From Convolutriloba macropyga (lineage: Eukaryota), in contig NC_134476.1 in NCBI RefSeq assembly GCF_964194025.1, positions 23,808,001 through 23,872,000 of the forward strand: a stretch of DNA of 64,000 nucleotides, in the 5' to 3' direction. The notes beneath the pieces are model-generated. The model did no database searches and was not told the origin of the DNA. It saw nothing but the letters and a program-made list of their open reading frames with translations. Every line of letters starts with the position of its first letter. Within the stretch, counting starts at the first letter, position 1. Below, in pieces: positions 23,801 to 35,922 of the stretch. A program made the translations under genes and the position numbers.

Positions 23801-26800
23801 TCCTATGTGCAGTAAAGGTCCCTAATAGGAGGCTTCTGTGGAATGAATTTTAACAAGCTTTATTAATTCATCGCTGAATGTTTTAGCCTAGTTTTTAGCG
23901 GCGTCGATTTATTTTCAATTTAGACCTGTATCTGTTTCTATCTATTATATGGCACGCAGGTCTATTTTTTCGCAGCTATTCCGGCAATCTGCCGGCTATG
24001 TTTATTATAGCTGCGAAGCTGTAAGCTGAGCGTAGCTATATTGCGGTGCTCTTGGTTTTTTTTGTTTCGTCGTCTGACGCTTCATTTTCGTTTTACATTT
24101 GTTCTGGAACATTCTGTCTCGTCACTGCTTAAATGGTTTTTTCGCGCTTGATTTCACTCTTTCTGCGTGATCTAAATTGCTGTTATTCAGAAGTTGTCTG
24201 TTGCTAAAACAAAGTTGATTGTAAGAAAAAAGATTGTATGGTCCGACAGCCGAGTGGTTAAGGCGACTGGCTGTTAATCAGGAGATCGGCCGTTCGAGCC
24301 GCGGCAGTGAAAAAATTTTTTGCACCCAAAAACAACATTCTTTGAATTTAACTCGTAAGTTTTATAGGCGGCGGCGATAACTTCTGTCAACTCATTTCTG
24401 TATCTTTTTCCATCTGTATTGTACAGCACGCAAGTCTATTTCGCAGCTATTCCGGCAATCTGCCGGCTATGTTAATATATTGCGACCTCTATTGACAAAT
24501 GTAAATTTTGTGATTGTCTCAGGTTCGCTTAAATGTACTTTTAATTTTGACTGTTTTAGCTAAAGTTAAAATTTGTAAGTTGATATCTTGTGGGGATTCG
24601 TTATTCACTATCATATTTATCCGCTATTTTGTTATCATTGTTCAGTTCGCTGACATATTTTCAATTGCATTCTTTGTTGCTGGATCCGTTCCTTAGTGCT
24701 ATCTTAATTTTCATGCTTCACATTTTTAACCAGCAACTTCAGCAAACTGTTAGAAAGTGTCTTCTGGGGTTCTACTTTGCAGCATAATGAGTTATTGATG
24801 AAATAGAACTGGGCTGATAGGCAGAATGAAAACATTAGTAATGAGTGTTGGTAGTATTTTGGGCTAACTTTACAGACCGTACGAGATTCTTGTTTGCAAT
24901 CCAATAACGGACTCCTAATAAAGTATTTTTTGGATGATGCATAGTTAACGAATTGATGGACAAGTCGTACTGCCATCTGTATTATCAGATACAAATATCA
25001 CAAACAGAAACAATAGCGGTAAACGCTTGATTTTTGCGAAATATTTGAAATATATTGATGGAACGTCTTGTTTCGATTCTGTAATGATGTGAATTGATAA
25101 TGATCTTTAGGTTGGTGGGATGAAACAGTAGCTTTCGTTGAAGCGCAACTAGTTGATGAACTGCCGGGAAAAATCCAAATAGTTGAAGACCTCAAATATC
25201 TGAAGGAAATTGTCTTACTGTTTTGTCACACGGCTGAAAACTTGTCATTACCATCACCGAAGTTGAAGCAATGTGCTTTTAACTTACGTCATGCATTTGT
25301 GAATAAGTTAAACGAAGCCTTTTTGCGACGATTTGTGACAATTTTGTGGAAAGAAGTTTACTCGCCGATTTTGCTGAATTCGAATACAAAACTGCGAGAA
25401 GTGAGGAAAATATTCCCGTTAGACTATATTGAAGCCGCAAGAGGGAAATGTGAGGTTGGAAAGACTTTGCCTTTTTCGGAAAGTGTGCCCAAAATTTATT
25501 TCACCCTGAAAGAGTTTGTGACGGAGCTGCTCAACTTCTGCGCTGGGTATCAGTTTAATACACAAGTAAGAAGCTCTTAAAATTAACTCCTAAATTATCG
25601 ACTTAATAAATTAAGAATGAAGCACTCCTTTAAAATTCTGACCCTGGTAATTTTTGACCAACTATGGGTGGTTATTTTACTCCAGGTAATTGTAGTGTTT
25701 TCAAATTGTTGGTCTCAACTCCTGTTGGCTTATTCCTAAAACTATGAAGAAATTAAATTGTACCCATGAAAAATAGTTAACGCAAAGTAAACTGCTGAAA
25801 AAATAATTAGATTAGATTGGAAAAGGAACCATTACCAAAACAAAACTCTTTGTATTAAAATTATGGGGTCGCTTGGATTCTTAAGACGTTCGATAAAACC
25901 GGAACATTTTCTTTCATTTTTGAGTTATTTGTTATTTCAGGTCATTGAAGAATACGTAATAAAGTCGCTGGATAATCTCATTCATAATCAACTGGGAGAA
26001 ACAGTTCTAACCCTAATGGCGTCTTTCGAAGAACGTGCTCAGAAACCAAAGTACCTGCCAGCTGACAAGTCTTTAAGTCGAGGCACTTTAAACTTCAGTG
26101 AACTCAGTCAGCTGTCACTGAATTGTGAATGTTTGAGCGAATCGATTCCCCATCTTGCGACATTCATCGCAATGAGTAAAACTAATCTGTCCGACCCTAG
26201 AAGCAATTCGAGTAAACTAGTTTTGTTGGCCAATATGGATCCATTGCAAGAACTACTCTCAATACAGACCAGTTCTTGTAAGCTGAATGCAGCCTCGACG
26301 TTGACTCAGTTAGCTTTTGATGTGCAATCTAGAATGCGAGATGATATGAAGGTTTGCATACTTTGTAAATTAAAAATGAGTTGAATTAATCAGGGACAGT
26401 AAAATAAACAAGGAGGCTCGATAATGTGCGATCGCACATAAGGTTCCGACCCCGCTCATCCAAATTTTTGGCATAATTGTCTACCAAATGAGGAACAGAT
26501 AGAAAAACCCAAAAATTATTTTGGATTCCCAAAAAAACCCAAAAAAAACAAATAAAAAACCGAAGTATTTTTCAAAAAATAGTGTATGAATGAAAACATA
26601 GCCTCCGAAGCAATAACAATGCAGTAGATTGATGAGATGCCAATATTAAGAAAGCAACAACAACAAACATTTATTACATCAAAACTTTGTCCGTTTTAGA
26701 AAACAAAACTTAACGATTACCAATACTTCTATAGAAGGGCATTAAGACCTGTCCTTATTTAATTTTTATGCGGCTAAAAACAAAAAAAGACAACAAGCAA

Positions 26801-29800
26801 AAATTCAATGAAAATTTGACAGAAAACGTTGTCGAAGCCGTAAAGCCATATTTTGGCCTTCAAAATATGTTCGATTTTGCACCAAACACCAAACGTTGTC
26901 GAAGCCGTAAAGCCATATTTTGGCCTTCAAAATATGTTCGATTTTGCATCAAACACCAATAGTGAAGTATGTGGCTCTTCATTGATGAGACTAGGTAACA
27001 AGTAGACAAAAAAGAAAAAAAAGGCAAAAGTAAATAATACTTTTTGATTTTTTCTCGAATCAAAATTTTTTCCAAAGTCATGTTAAGAAATTAATTACAA
27101 AATGAAATAATGAAATGAAATAGTTTCGTTTGTTCTTCCAAAAGAAGCCCTTAAGACCTGCAATTATCCAGAATATGTCTTGCGTCTACATAAAGAACGT
27201 CAAATATGACAAAAATCAAATTAATTTTCTTTTTTGTGAAAAACCTGTGTCGAAGCCAGTAAGGTTATAACGAATTCTCTAAAATTATTAGATTTTGTGA
27301 CACCAAATCTTTTTGACACTTTCCCTTAACACCAAAAAGGGGAGTCATATTTGACCTGTAACTAACGAGACTAGGTAACAAAAAGACAAGAAAAAGAACA
27401 GAATTGAGAAGTTAAAAAGTTTTTTTTTATTTTGGAAAACAATTGTTTTCAAAGTCTTGAAAGCCATCAGCTATCTACTAATATCAGAATATCGGCTCAT
27501 CTATTCTTCCAAGAAAAACCAATGAAACCTGTCATTATGCAGGAAATTTCTTACGACTAAAACGACAAAGTTTAAACGACAGACAAAATTAAAAAGTTCA
27601 ATCAAATTCTTCAAGAAGTGTCGAAGCCGTTAAAACGATAATCAATATCTTTCAGGATTTTAAATTGCTCAATTTGATATGGTATAGTAACAAAACTAGA
27701 AAACGTGAAAACTGGCAAATATCTAAAAATTAAAAAAAAAATCAAATCTAGTAGTATCAAAGCCAGAAAACAATAACTTAAGGCTTATTACAGCATTAGA
27801 TATTGAATTTTAAATCATTAAAAAGAAAAAGTTTTCTGTCTTTGCTAACACTAAGTTACAAGTTGACCAAATTAGGAAAAAATAGAGGAAATGTACATTA
27901 AGTCATTATTTATTTAAAAATCAGTTATTTTAAAGTCAAAACGACCATAAGCTTTCAATTTAAAAAACTAAATGCATTAGCTTTGAGCTGCTTAGCAAGC
28001 CAATTGGCCCTATCTCTCCTGAGCTTTGATTTGATATGTTCTGTTCTTCAAATAATATATAAAAGATCATTTTTGTTAAAAAAAGACCGACTGATTACAA
28101 TCCGAATTCTTTTTAATCGTAACAGTCCAAGATTGGTCCAAAACTAGCCCTGCTAGTGCATATTGTCCAATAGGAACACTTTATTTTTCGGATGTTATAG
28201 ATATAGATATTTTGTTAGTTAAAAACTCAAAAATAATTTCTGCGTTTTTGATAATCAACGAGTAAAATTAATATATAGAAGATTATTTTTTTTAAAAAAA
28301 GACCGACTGATTACAATCCGAATTATTTTTAATCGTAACAGTCCAAGATTGGTCCAAAACTAGCCCTGCTAGTGCATATTGTCCAATAGGAACACTTAAT
28401 TTTTCGGATGTTATAGATATAGATATTTTGTTAGTTAAAAACTCAAAAATAAATTCTTCGTTTTTGGTAATCAACGAGTAAAGTTAGCGAAAAACCTCAA
28501 AGATTAATTACAGAGCACTCTCAGCAGAAGTTGAAGTAGTAATGGCCCCCTTTCGAGTCTACAAAGATTGTATTAGTGGGGATGTACTTCCTGCAAAGTT
28601 AATCAAAGTGAACTAAAGGAGCTTATTTCGTGCTGTTTTTGATGAAAAAGGCTGAATTTTGAAATTTTTAGCCCAAATTTTTGACAAAAAATTAAATCAA
28701 AGTAATCAACAATTCTTTTCTTGTCTGGACAAATTAAATCAACAACACTATTCTTAAAAAGTAACAAATTTTTGCAAAATTGACGAAAATTTAGGCAAAA
28801 CTTCAGGAAATTGTGAATAAAAACAACGGAATTCGCTCTAATTTTCTCAGAAGTTTAAACCGCGATAACTCCTTGTAAAAACCAAATAAAAAATCTTTTC
28901 AATTCCATATTCTACGCTGGACGAGCTTTCTAATGATACCAGTCTCAACTCTCTACGGTGAATATATCGTTTGGCCAAAATTGTCTGAACAAAAAAATCA
29001 TTTGAGTATATAGTTCCTCCCCCTCAAGAGGGGTCGGAACAAAAATTGAGTGTATCAAAGTAGTTTGAAAGTATTTCCGGGAGGGATTACCAGAAAGAAA
29101 TACATCTCATAGAGTGGTAACCCAGAAAGAGATTTGACATATGCATGTATGATGAGTCTTTTTTGCTCATTTGCATTAATTAAAGCTGTGCCAGCTCTAT
29201 GGAGAGAATCCCAAGCCATGCTATATCAAGCATGGTTTATTTTCTATAGACTCTCAATTGAACTTGTCCTTAAATTCATTTAGTCAGCATTCATTTAGTC
29301 CGCCAACATTTTCAAAGCGAACAGTTGCCGACCACGTGACTTTTAGCTATCATTTTTTGCTGAGATATACTATTTACATGACCACTCTGTTTTAGTTCAA
29401 AATAGATGCAATAATGGAACTTGTTGACTACAATTGGACGACTGACCATGTAGCATCAGATCCGAGTGTATACGCCACAGAGGTTACCTCGTACCTCAAA
29501 AATGTTCGACTGGCGAATAAGAAAACCCAGAGCAATGTCCTTGCTGTCACCACATACATGGAAGCATGCAAACATATCGCCAAGCGGCTGAAAGCCGAAT
29601 TGGTCGAGCCATATGAAATTAGTTTAACAGGACTGAAGAATTTTGATTGGGACTTGGAACACTTTCAGAATTTTACTGCGCAGCTTGAGTTCCCGGCTAG
29701 CGATGCAGAGACACTACGGATTGTTTTTAATGACTTGAGACAGCTGGTGGGACTAATCGTGAATCAAGATTTTGTCAAGTTTGTGGACTTGGCTGCCGAT

Positions 29801-32800
29801 CCTGGTGAGTATTTAGATTTCATTACAATGTCCAGAAAAAGTTTCTGAATAATTCTTACAAAATGTTAGCTTTACAAATCATTCTTTTTTGAGACTTGCC
29901 TTGTGTTTCCTACATTGAACGAAAAATTTATCATATTGGTGAAAGGTACAGTTCTTTATGGGCAAACAATAACGCACTTGCCAATTTTGTTAATGGGTAT
30001 AGCGATCAATTTGCCGCTGTTTGTTGTCAACTTTGTTAAAAGAGTGTGCATGATAGAAAAAACTATGGCTCTTTAGTTGTAAACAGCACAGAAATGAAAC
30101 AGCTTCATACAAATGCTTTTTCGAATTTTTCAATTTTTTAATTTTAATTTTTCATTTTGTGTAGTTTTTAATAGCCGCCGACAGCCTCTCAACGTCTTAT
30201 TCAGATGCTCTCCTTTTTACAATCCAAAGCATTTGGATTGCAATGGTGTGCTGTCTTTTTCTGTATTGGTGTGCTATGAAGATATGTCCACATTTTTGGC
30301 CTTTTCACCTTAATCAGAAGTCAAATTAGGGTGGTGATTTTTGTCATGCTGAACCAGTAAAGGGAGCAAATAATCGAGTAGTTCCTAGGCGTCATTTCCA
30401 AACTCGCTTTAAAGTGTAGTGAAATTACTGTTTGAACCAATTTTCAGTTTTTCAGAGGGAATTTTGAAGTGCGTCAATTTGACTGTTTTCAGTGATTGTT
30501 GCGTGATATTAAAATGACAATGTGTTATAATTGCGCATATTTGTAATTGCTTGAATTCGTCGATGGGCCGCTATAGGTTTTTATAACTTCGACACTTTTT
30601 CTTCATAAAATATTCGTGAATATTTGAATTTTGCCCCTTTTTTAATTATTACTCATGTCCTATCACCTTGTATTATTAATCACAGTTCTTGTTCCTTGCT
30701 AATAAGCTAGTAAATGAAACAATTTACTGATGTGAGTTATGACTTTTTTTCAAAATGTTTTGAGTTTTCCTTGTATTTATTATAGCTGCGAAGCTGTAAG
30801 CTGAGCGTAGCTATATTGCGGTGCTCTTGGTTTTTTTTTTTGTTTCGTCGTCTGACGCTTTATTTTCGTTTTACATTTGTTCTAGAACATTCTGTCTCGT
30901 CACTGCTTAAATGGCTTTTTCGCGCTTGATTTCACGCTTTCTGCGTGACCTAAATTGCGGTTATTCAGAAACAGAATCTGTTCCTAAAACAAAGTTGATT
31001 GTAAGAAAACAGATTGTATGGTCCGACAGCCGAGTGGTTAAGGCGACTGGCTGTTAATCCGGAGATCGCCGGTTCGAGACGCGACAGGGAAACTTTTTTT
31101 GCACCCAAAAACAACCTCCTTTGAAATAAACTTGTAAGTTTTATAGGCGGCGGCGATAACTATTATCAACTCACTTCTGTATCTTTTTCCATCAGTATTT
31201 TACGGCGCGCAAGTCTATTTCGCAGCTATTCCGGCAATCTGCCGGCTATGTTTGAGCTTTGTTGTCTTATCATTTAATCGCTTTAGGGAAATTTCTGATA
31301 GATTCCTAAAAATGTCTAGTTTTCCTTTTCATCGGTTTCTTTCATTTCAAATTTGTTGATTGCTCTGACTTTGACACTAATTGTTTTCAAGAACTATTGT
31401 TGATTTTCTTTTGCGAATTTTTATTGTCACTGTTGTCTTATATCTTAGTTTCATAAATGAAAGACCTCATCAGTTGCTAAGTATGCATAAATAAATTGAG
31501 CTAAACTATAGAGGTAATCTAATGCTTTCTATGAATTTTACTCTGTTAGTTTTCAAAAGTGACGAGTTTTTGGGTTTCGAATGTATTTACTTATTGCTGT
31601 CTAATCCGTTTTTCTCTATATTAGCAGGTCTCATTGTCGGCTGATAAAGATTTTCTAAATTTTAAAAAAAGTCTCTGTACGTAGCTAATGCTTTCGGCGA
31701 CTTAATGTTAATGATCAAAACGTAGAATCCAGTTCTTTGGTGTTTTTGTTGGCTTATCATTTAGTTTGATTTATGACAGGTGTCATTGGTTGCTATTGAA
31801 AAAAAGGTACATCTAATTAAATGCATGAGTTCAGAGGAATCATTTTTTTTCTATTGACGTTTTTGAAAATTGAAACTTGGGTTTTTAGTCTTGCTTTTCC
31901 TTTTGTTTTTGTGGTCTCGTCGCTGACTCAAAAAATTACCTTTCTCAGTGGCCTTTCAGTGCAACGTGATTTTGGTCATTTTATTTCCTCTTAAGTAACC
32001 GGCTAATTTTTGACTGAGACACCATTTGTTTTCGATTTGTGTTACGTGAATGCGTGTGAATTTTCTAATTTCCAATTTCCTTAGTTTTGCCTCAATTTTG
32101 AGTTCTCTGCCATTAATTCCCGGTAACTTGTTGTGTTATGTACGCATTCAAAGAATGCTGTGGCGTCGTAAAATTGCAATTATTATTTTGTTTAGTAAAA
32201 TTTAAATTTATTAAATATGTTAAAATTTTTTTGTTCCTCAAAACAATGTTTAATTTTGCGCATATAGTTCATGAGTTTTTTTGACTGATTTAGTTTTATA
32301 TTGCTGCAAAATTGATAATTGCCAGGTTACCAATTAATTAATTTCTTTGGATTGTAATTCAGGAGTTGTCTGTTTTTATTTCGCTTTACCTTTTCATCAC
32401 GTCTTTCTTTTTACTTAAGTCACGATTTTCACGCTTGACTCGTGACTTACCTCACTCACTGTTTCAACTGAATAGTATTTATTTTTTCTAGCATTCAATT
32501 ACGCAATTTAGTGAATACGGTCAATTTCAAAAGAGCAAGTTCAAAGAAACGGGATAAACCTAAAGCTGATTGATGAAATGCATACCCAAAGCTGGCATGT
32601 TACATCGAATGTTCTGTTATAATTTTTTTCGGGTTGGGCGCAGTCTAAAATCATGCTTCAGAGCCAGCTTCTGGTCTCTGAACTCAAAGGCTATATACAA
32701 AGCTTCTTTTTTCTGCGACTATTCGATTTCATTAATGGCAATTTAACTAATTTTTAGTTGTATTTTATGAAATTTTTTAAGTAGTTTCTTTTCTTCAGTT

Positions 32801-33227
32801 TAAAGGGCCGATAAAACCTCTCTAAAATTTGATGAATGATTGGGCCACAATAATGGTTTTAAGACTCACACCAAGAACTTGTATCAAGTTTTTATTAAAT
32901 TTTCTGATTTTTTAAACTCCTATATGGTAAACACGGTCTTCGTTAGCTAGCTGATTAGATGTTTTTAGTGTTAGGCAGGAAGTTGATTTTGATGAAATTG
33001 ATGTAAAGGCTAATATAAATTACCAATTTTATAAATTTGTTTTAGCTGTAAGACGTCAGTACAACCGTGTGAGAAGAGAAGAGTTGCTAATGATGCTCGA
33101 GAAGATATTTGTTCACGAAGACAGTCGTAAGAGGACTGTTACTGTATTTAGTCGCAGCTCAGATAGAGATATGAGGCGCAGCCTGGAAAATGCGATCAAA
33201 GATCTTAGGTCCCAAATCTATCCATAA
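11680..33227 (+). CDS. EXOC6: Exocyst complex component 6 (Sec15), spliced gene, 9 coding exons, 2562 nt, about 853 aa
   Basis: Exons 11680-11828, 12451-12635, 12915-13300, 15316-15500, 18014-18213, 25111-25565, 25941-26351, 29396-29804, 33046-33227 join in frame (phases 2,1,0,2,1,0,0,1). Sec15 motifs: CLPVL, YHALKMLEEL, IGFFIIE, LPFSESVPKIY, KIDAIMELVDYNW, CKHIA, FNDLRQLV. Confidence 0.88.
12451..12635 (+). CDS. EXOC6: Sec15/EXOC6 exon 2
   Basis: Acceptor GATAG; AFLETLSRRLIFHNSKIVKMCSNNY; donor G|GTCAGG. Confidence 0.85.
12915..13300 (+). CDS. EXOC6: Sec15/EXOC6 exon 3
   Basis: Acceptor TTTTCAG; CLPVLRMH...YHALKMLEEL; donor GTGAGT. Confidence 0.9.
14432..15158 (+). mobile_element. HINE-like element, family 2B (Sec15 intron 3)
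   Basis: 5' ATAGCCGCACAGCGATAGCT...; 3' GACTATTTTCTAGCAATCTGCCAGCTAT; collinear with 19016-20064. Confidence 0.7.
15316..15500 (+). CDS. EXOC6: Sec15/EXOC6 exon 4 (GC donor)
   Basis: Acceptor CTTTCAG; ...VEDVINFKDLFKCQLIFNTLEKDSEAF; donor AG|GCAAGG. Missing from the ORF track in this frame. Confidence 0.82.
15527..17567 (+). mobile_element. HINE-like element, family 2B, with internal about 160-185-bp degenerate tandem repeats (Sec15 intron 4)
   Basis: 5' AATAGCCG...CGGCTATT hairpin; 3' GCGGCTATTTTCCCGCAATCTGCCGGGTATGTT; recurring CCTC..(A/T)GGGT motif at about 15953, 16139, 16299, 16478. Confidence 0.65.
18014..18213 (+). CDS. EXOC6: Sec15/EXOC6 exon 5
   Basis: Acceptor TTTTAG; QWYETHRRDQL...QVIGFFIIESYV; donor G|GTACGT. 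Confidence 0.88.
18923..22238 (+). mobile_element. HINE-like element, family 2A, unit 1 of a head-to-tail trimer (contains nested 2B copy at 19016-20064)
   Basis: 5' TTATAGCTGCGAAGCTGTAAGCTGAGCGTAGCTAT; 3' TTCGCAGCTATT-CCGGCA-ATC-TGCCGG-CTATGTT. Confidence 0.8.
22241..24002 (+). mobile_element. HINE-like element, family 2A, unit 2 (internal deletion derivative of unit 1; nested 2B at 22334-23383)
   Basis: Near-identical to 18923-20168 joined to 21716-22238; same termini. Confidence 0.82.
24005..24473 (+). mobile_element. HINE-like element, family 2A, 470-bp tRNA-carrying subfamily, unit 3 of trimer
   Basis: Same termini as units 1 and 2; highly similar to 30780-31252. Confidence 0.82.
24240..24310 (+). 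pseudogene. tRNA-Asn(GTT)-like pseudogene / Pol III cassette inside HINE
   Basis: A-box CAGCCGAGTGG, D-arm GCC...GGC, anticodon arm CTGG-CT-GTT-AA-TCAG, B-box GTTCGAGCC, T6 downstream. Acceptor stem does not pair. Confidence 0.65.
25111..25565 (+). CDS. EXOC6: Sec15/EXOC6 exon 6
   Basis: Acceptor CTTTAG; WWDETV...LKEIVLLFCHT...LPFSESVPKIY; donor GTAAGA. Confidence 0.9.
25941..26351 (+). CDS. EXOC6: Sec15/EXOC6 exon 7
   Basis: Acceptor TTTCAG; VIEEYVIKSLDNLI...ELSQLSLNCECLSESIPHLATFI; donor AAG|GTTTGC. Confidence 0.85.
26406..29043 (-). mobile_element. HINE-like element, family 1, copy b (Sec15 intron 7)
   Basis: Reverse complement of family-1 termini (TGTGCGATCGCACA...GTTCCGACCCC at left, GGGGTCGGAAC at right). 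Contains tandem duplications of about 67 bp (26823-26958) and about 212 bp (28080-28480). Confidence 0.8.
29396..29804 (+). CDS. EXOC6: Sec15/EXOC6 exon 8
   Basis: Acceptor TTTTAG; FKIDAIMELVDYNW...ACKHIA...FNDLRQLVGL; donor G|GTGAGT. Confidence 0.9.
30780..31252 (+). mobile_element. HINE-like element, family 2A, 470-bp tRNA-carrying subfamily (solo copy)
   Basis: Complete 5' and 3' termini, T-rich insertion site, no TSD; highly similar to 24005-24473. Confidence 0.82.
31020..31090 (+). pseudogene. tRNA-Asn(GTT)-like pseudogene / Pol III cassette inside HINE, copy 2
   Basis: GGTCCGACAGCCGAGTGGTTAAGGCGACTGGCTGTTAATCCGGAGATCGCCGGTTCGAGAC, followed by T7. Confidence 0.65.
33046..33227 (+). CDS. 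EXOC6: Sec15/EXOC6 exon 9 (terminal)
   Basis: Acceptor TTTTAG; VRRQYNRV...LLMMLEKI...RDMRRSLENAIKDLRSQIYP*; ATTAAA about 30 nt downstream. Confidence 0.82.
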
Positions 33228-35922
33228 AATGGATCTTGAGCATTTATTTCCCTCTCTATTAAAGTTGTTGATATTTACCTTGTTTCCACAAGTATTTTGT
33301 TTATAAGCAAGTTGCAATCGGAGTACAGCGAACTTGTAATTGTCGGCTCAAAAACTGTTTTGAGGCCAAATTTGAATATAAACTTCAGTAGTATGATTTT
33401 TGATTACTACAAAACGGCCGAACAAGTTGAGTGTAAGGACATAGGTATATGTAGGGAGGCGCTTTTTGTTAAACTAGTTTGGTGCTCATTCCTTGATATT
33501 CATCTATTTTTGTAATATTTATTTGTAGATGTTGAAATTTATCTTCTTATAACCTGCGTTTTTATTGTTTACACATTCATCGGGCGTTTTCTGAGTTATC
33601 GTTGGGCATCTTTGCTCTATTTTCTGAGGACATGTAATTTATAGCGTTCTCGTATCAAAACAAATCAAGATATAACTTAGATAAAGTTGAAAATAGAGTT
33701 TTATAAATTAATCCAAGTCAATTTTCTCCATGCCATTTAGGTTAATAAATGTTAAAAGAAAGTACTGAGAATTTAAGTCAATCTGAGTATAAACAATATG
33801 GTACTGAGAATTGAAGTAAAAAAAACTGTCCAAATCATCTTTGATAGTTGTTATATGATATATTCTTCTACGCGTCATCAGCGTATATGGGGAAATCTAT
33901 TTGGTGGCGGCCTTAAAATGGGGTTATAATCTGATGGTTTAATAGCTTTCAAAATACTTTTTGTAGCAACCCTAAAATATTTTGGATGGCTAGAAACTTT
34001 ACTGCCGTGGTTTTTAGTCATTTTTGGCCAATTGATATCTTTTCTGGAGTGAAAAAGAAAAGCATTGAAGCGCTATTGAAAAACTGAACCGGTATTTGAA
34101 GAGATACTTTCAAAATTTTAATAGACTCAACATCTATCATTGAGGCGCTCTCCTGTTTAACAACTCAAATAATTTGAATTTTATTGGGGCCCTGTCTTTT
34201 TTACGACTTGAAGATTTATCGTGATCCTTTTTTTAAATCGATCCACTTGTTATGAAACGGGTTGTAAAAGACTCTTGAATAAAACTGGAACAAGGAGAAG
34301 AGTGGTTTTTGCTCATGCCATTTTTTCGAAAGAGAGCGTGAAAAGATGTGACCAATTTTGTGCTTCGCGAGCAAAATTTTTCCGATCTAGTGCAGCTTTT
34401 TAAAGCTGTTTTTCTTTTTATTTCTAAATAGGTCCAAGTAGGTTGTCTAATATATACTAACAAGTATTTCTAGATTTGGGAACAGTTTTAACGATTTTAA
34501 GCATATAGGAGATATATAGATGCAAGTATGAGCACGTTTTGATTTTTTCACGTCTTAGACGCGTTTAGTATTTTTTTTGTTCAAGTTTTTGCAATCTATT
34601 GGAAGTTCTCGCTAAAATTCGAATTTTCTGTAGCTATGGCGATTTGTTGAGGTGCTCGCGATCCTTTTTGGCTATATTTTTCAAGTAACATGGATTAAAT
34701 TGAATCAATTTTTGGAGTTTTTGTCTATTTTTTTCGTTTTACTATTTTTTTTCAGTTTTGCTCTTTTCGGAATAATTTTTTGCTTGCTATTGTGTATTTT
34801 GATAATTGATTTGAGTTGGTTTAAGAGGAGACGCTTGAATGATAGAAAGGAAACTTCAATGGAGCGTCTTCGAACGTTTTTTTCTTGCTCTTTTAAAATC
34901 TTATGGTGTGTTATTTGTTGGAGATGTAATCAGTGTGTAGTGTTTTGGTGCGCAAAATTGACTGCATCATGTCTGTTGGCTTTAAAATTTTGCAGTCGAA
35001 TTTTGTGAAGTTTTTTTAAGATACTGTTTGAAAGATTTGGCCGTGATCTTTTAAATTGCTCTGAAGCAAAGATTATAGCAATTATATTAGTCCTGCAAAC
35101 TTTCTTATGCAGTTTTTCGCTCGAACGATTTTCCGTCTGACCTTTTTCACTTTGTCCTAAAGGAAACGCCCGGCAGGCATTCAGTTCTTTTAGAGCCTTT
35201 TGGTTTACTAGACTAAGTGCGCCATTCAACGAAACTGTTTGGGAGACTTAAATTTTTGTGTTAAGGATGGTTCCTAATTTGAACCCTTATCATCCCCTCA
35301 ACCACCTCACCCTTAGTCGATTTCGGAGCTTTCTGGTTAAATATTTTTCCGATAAGTTAGCGAGCAAGAAAACCGAAAGTTCCGGTAGTGAATAAAGTTT
35401 GAGAAGATTGTTTTGTGAACAATTTTGAGGAGCGGAGGGAAGAGAGTTTTTTAACATTCGTGCCTTCTTTTCGAATCGAAAGTGTAGGTGCTAAAAAAGT
35501 TTCGATATAGGGCAAATATTTTCGTTCACGTGCGGCTTTTTCAACGTGTTTTTTTAAGGTTATCCAACTTTTTTTGGTTTTTAGGCTATTTTTGGCCCAG
35601 TTTAAAGTTTTATTGATTTATTTGAAACTGAATTTAAGCCTAATGCGCATAGGAATTTTCCTTGAAAAAATGAGTTCAGGCACTTTGGTACCAAGCAATT
35701 TTTTCTTTGAAATTTGAAAAAATAATTCTTATTCTGTTTTCTTTGTTGAAAATTAAAATTGTGCTTTTCTTGGCTGAGCTAAAGCTGTAAAGCTAAATAT
35801 TGATCTTTTATTTGATCAAGATTGTTTTTTTCTGCTTTTATGGTTACTGCCATCAGATACTATTTATTGAAAGAATGGTTCTTTTGTCGAGGAAGACTTC
35901 GATTCGTTTCGGGAATGCTTCT

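Larger units (their letters stand above)
30169..32725 (+). mobile_element. Degenerate HINE-like element, family 2B (Sec15 intron 8), host to a nested 2A copy
   Basis: 5' AATAGCCGCC...; family-2 internal blocks (GTGATTTTTGTCATGCTGAA, GACTTACCTCACTC); degenerate 3' GCGACTATT. Right boundary approximate. Confidence 0.5.

Noticed and set aside
24240-24310. Functional tRNA-Asn gene
   Set aside because: Acceptor and T stems do not pair and the two copies differ there; treated as tRNA-derived.
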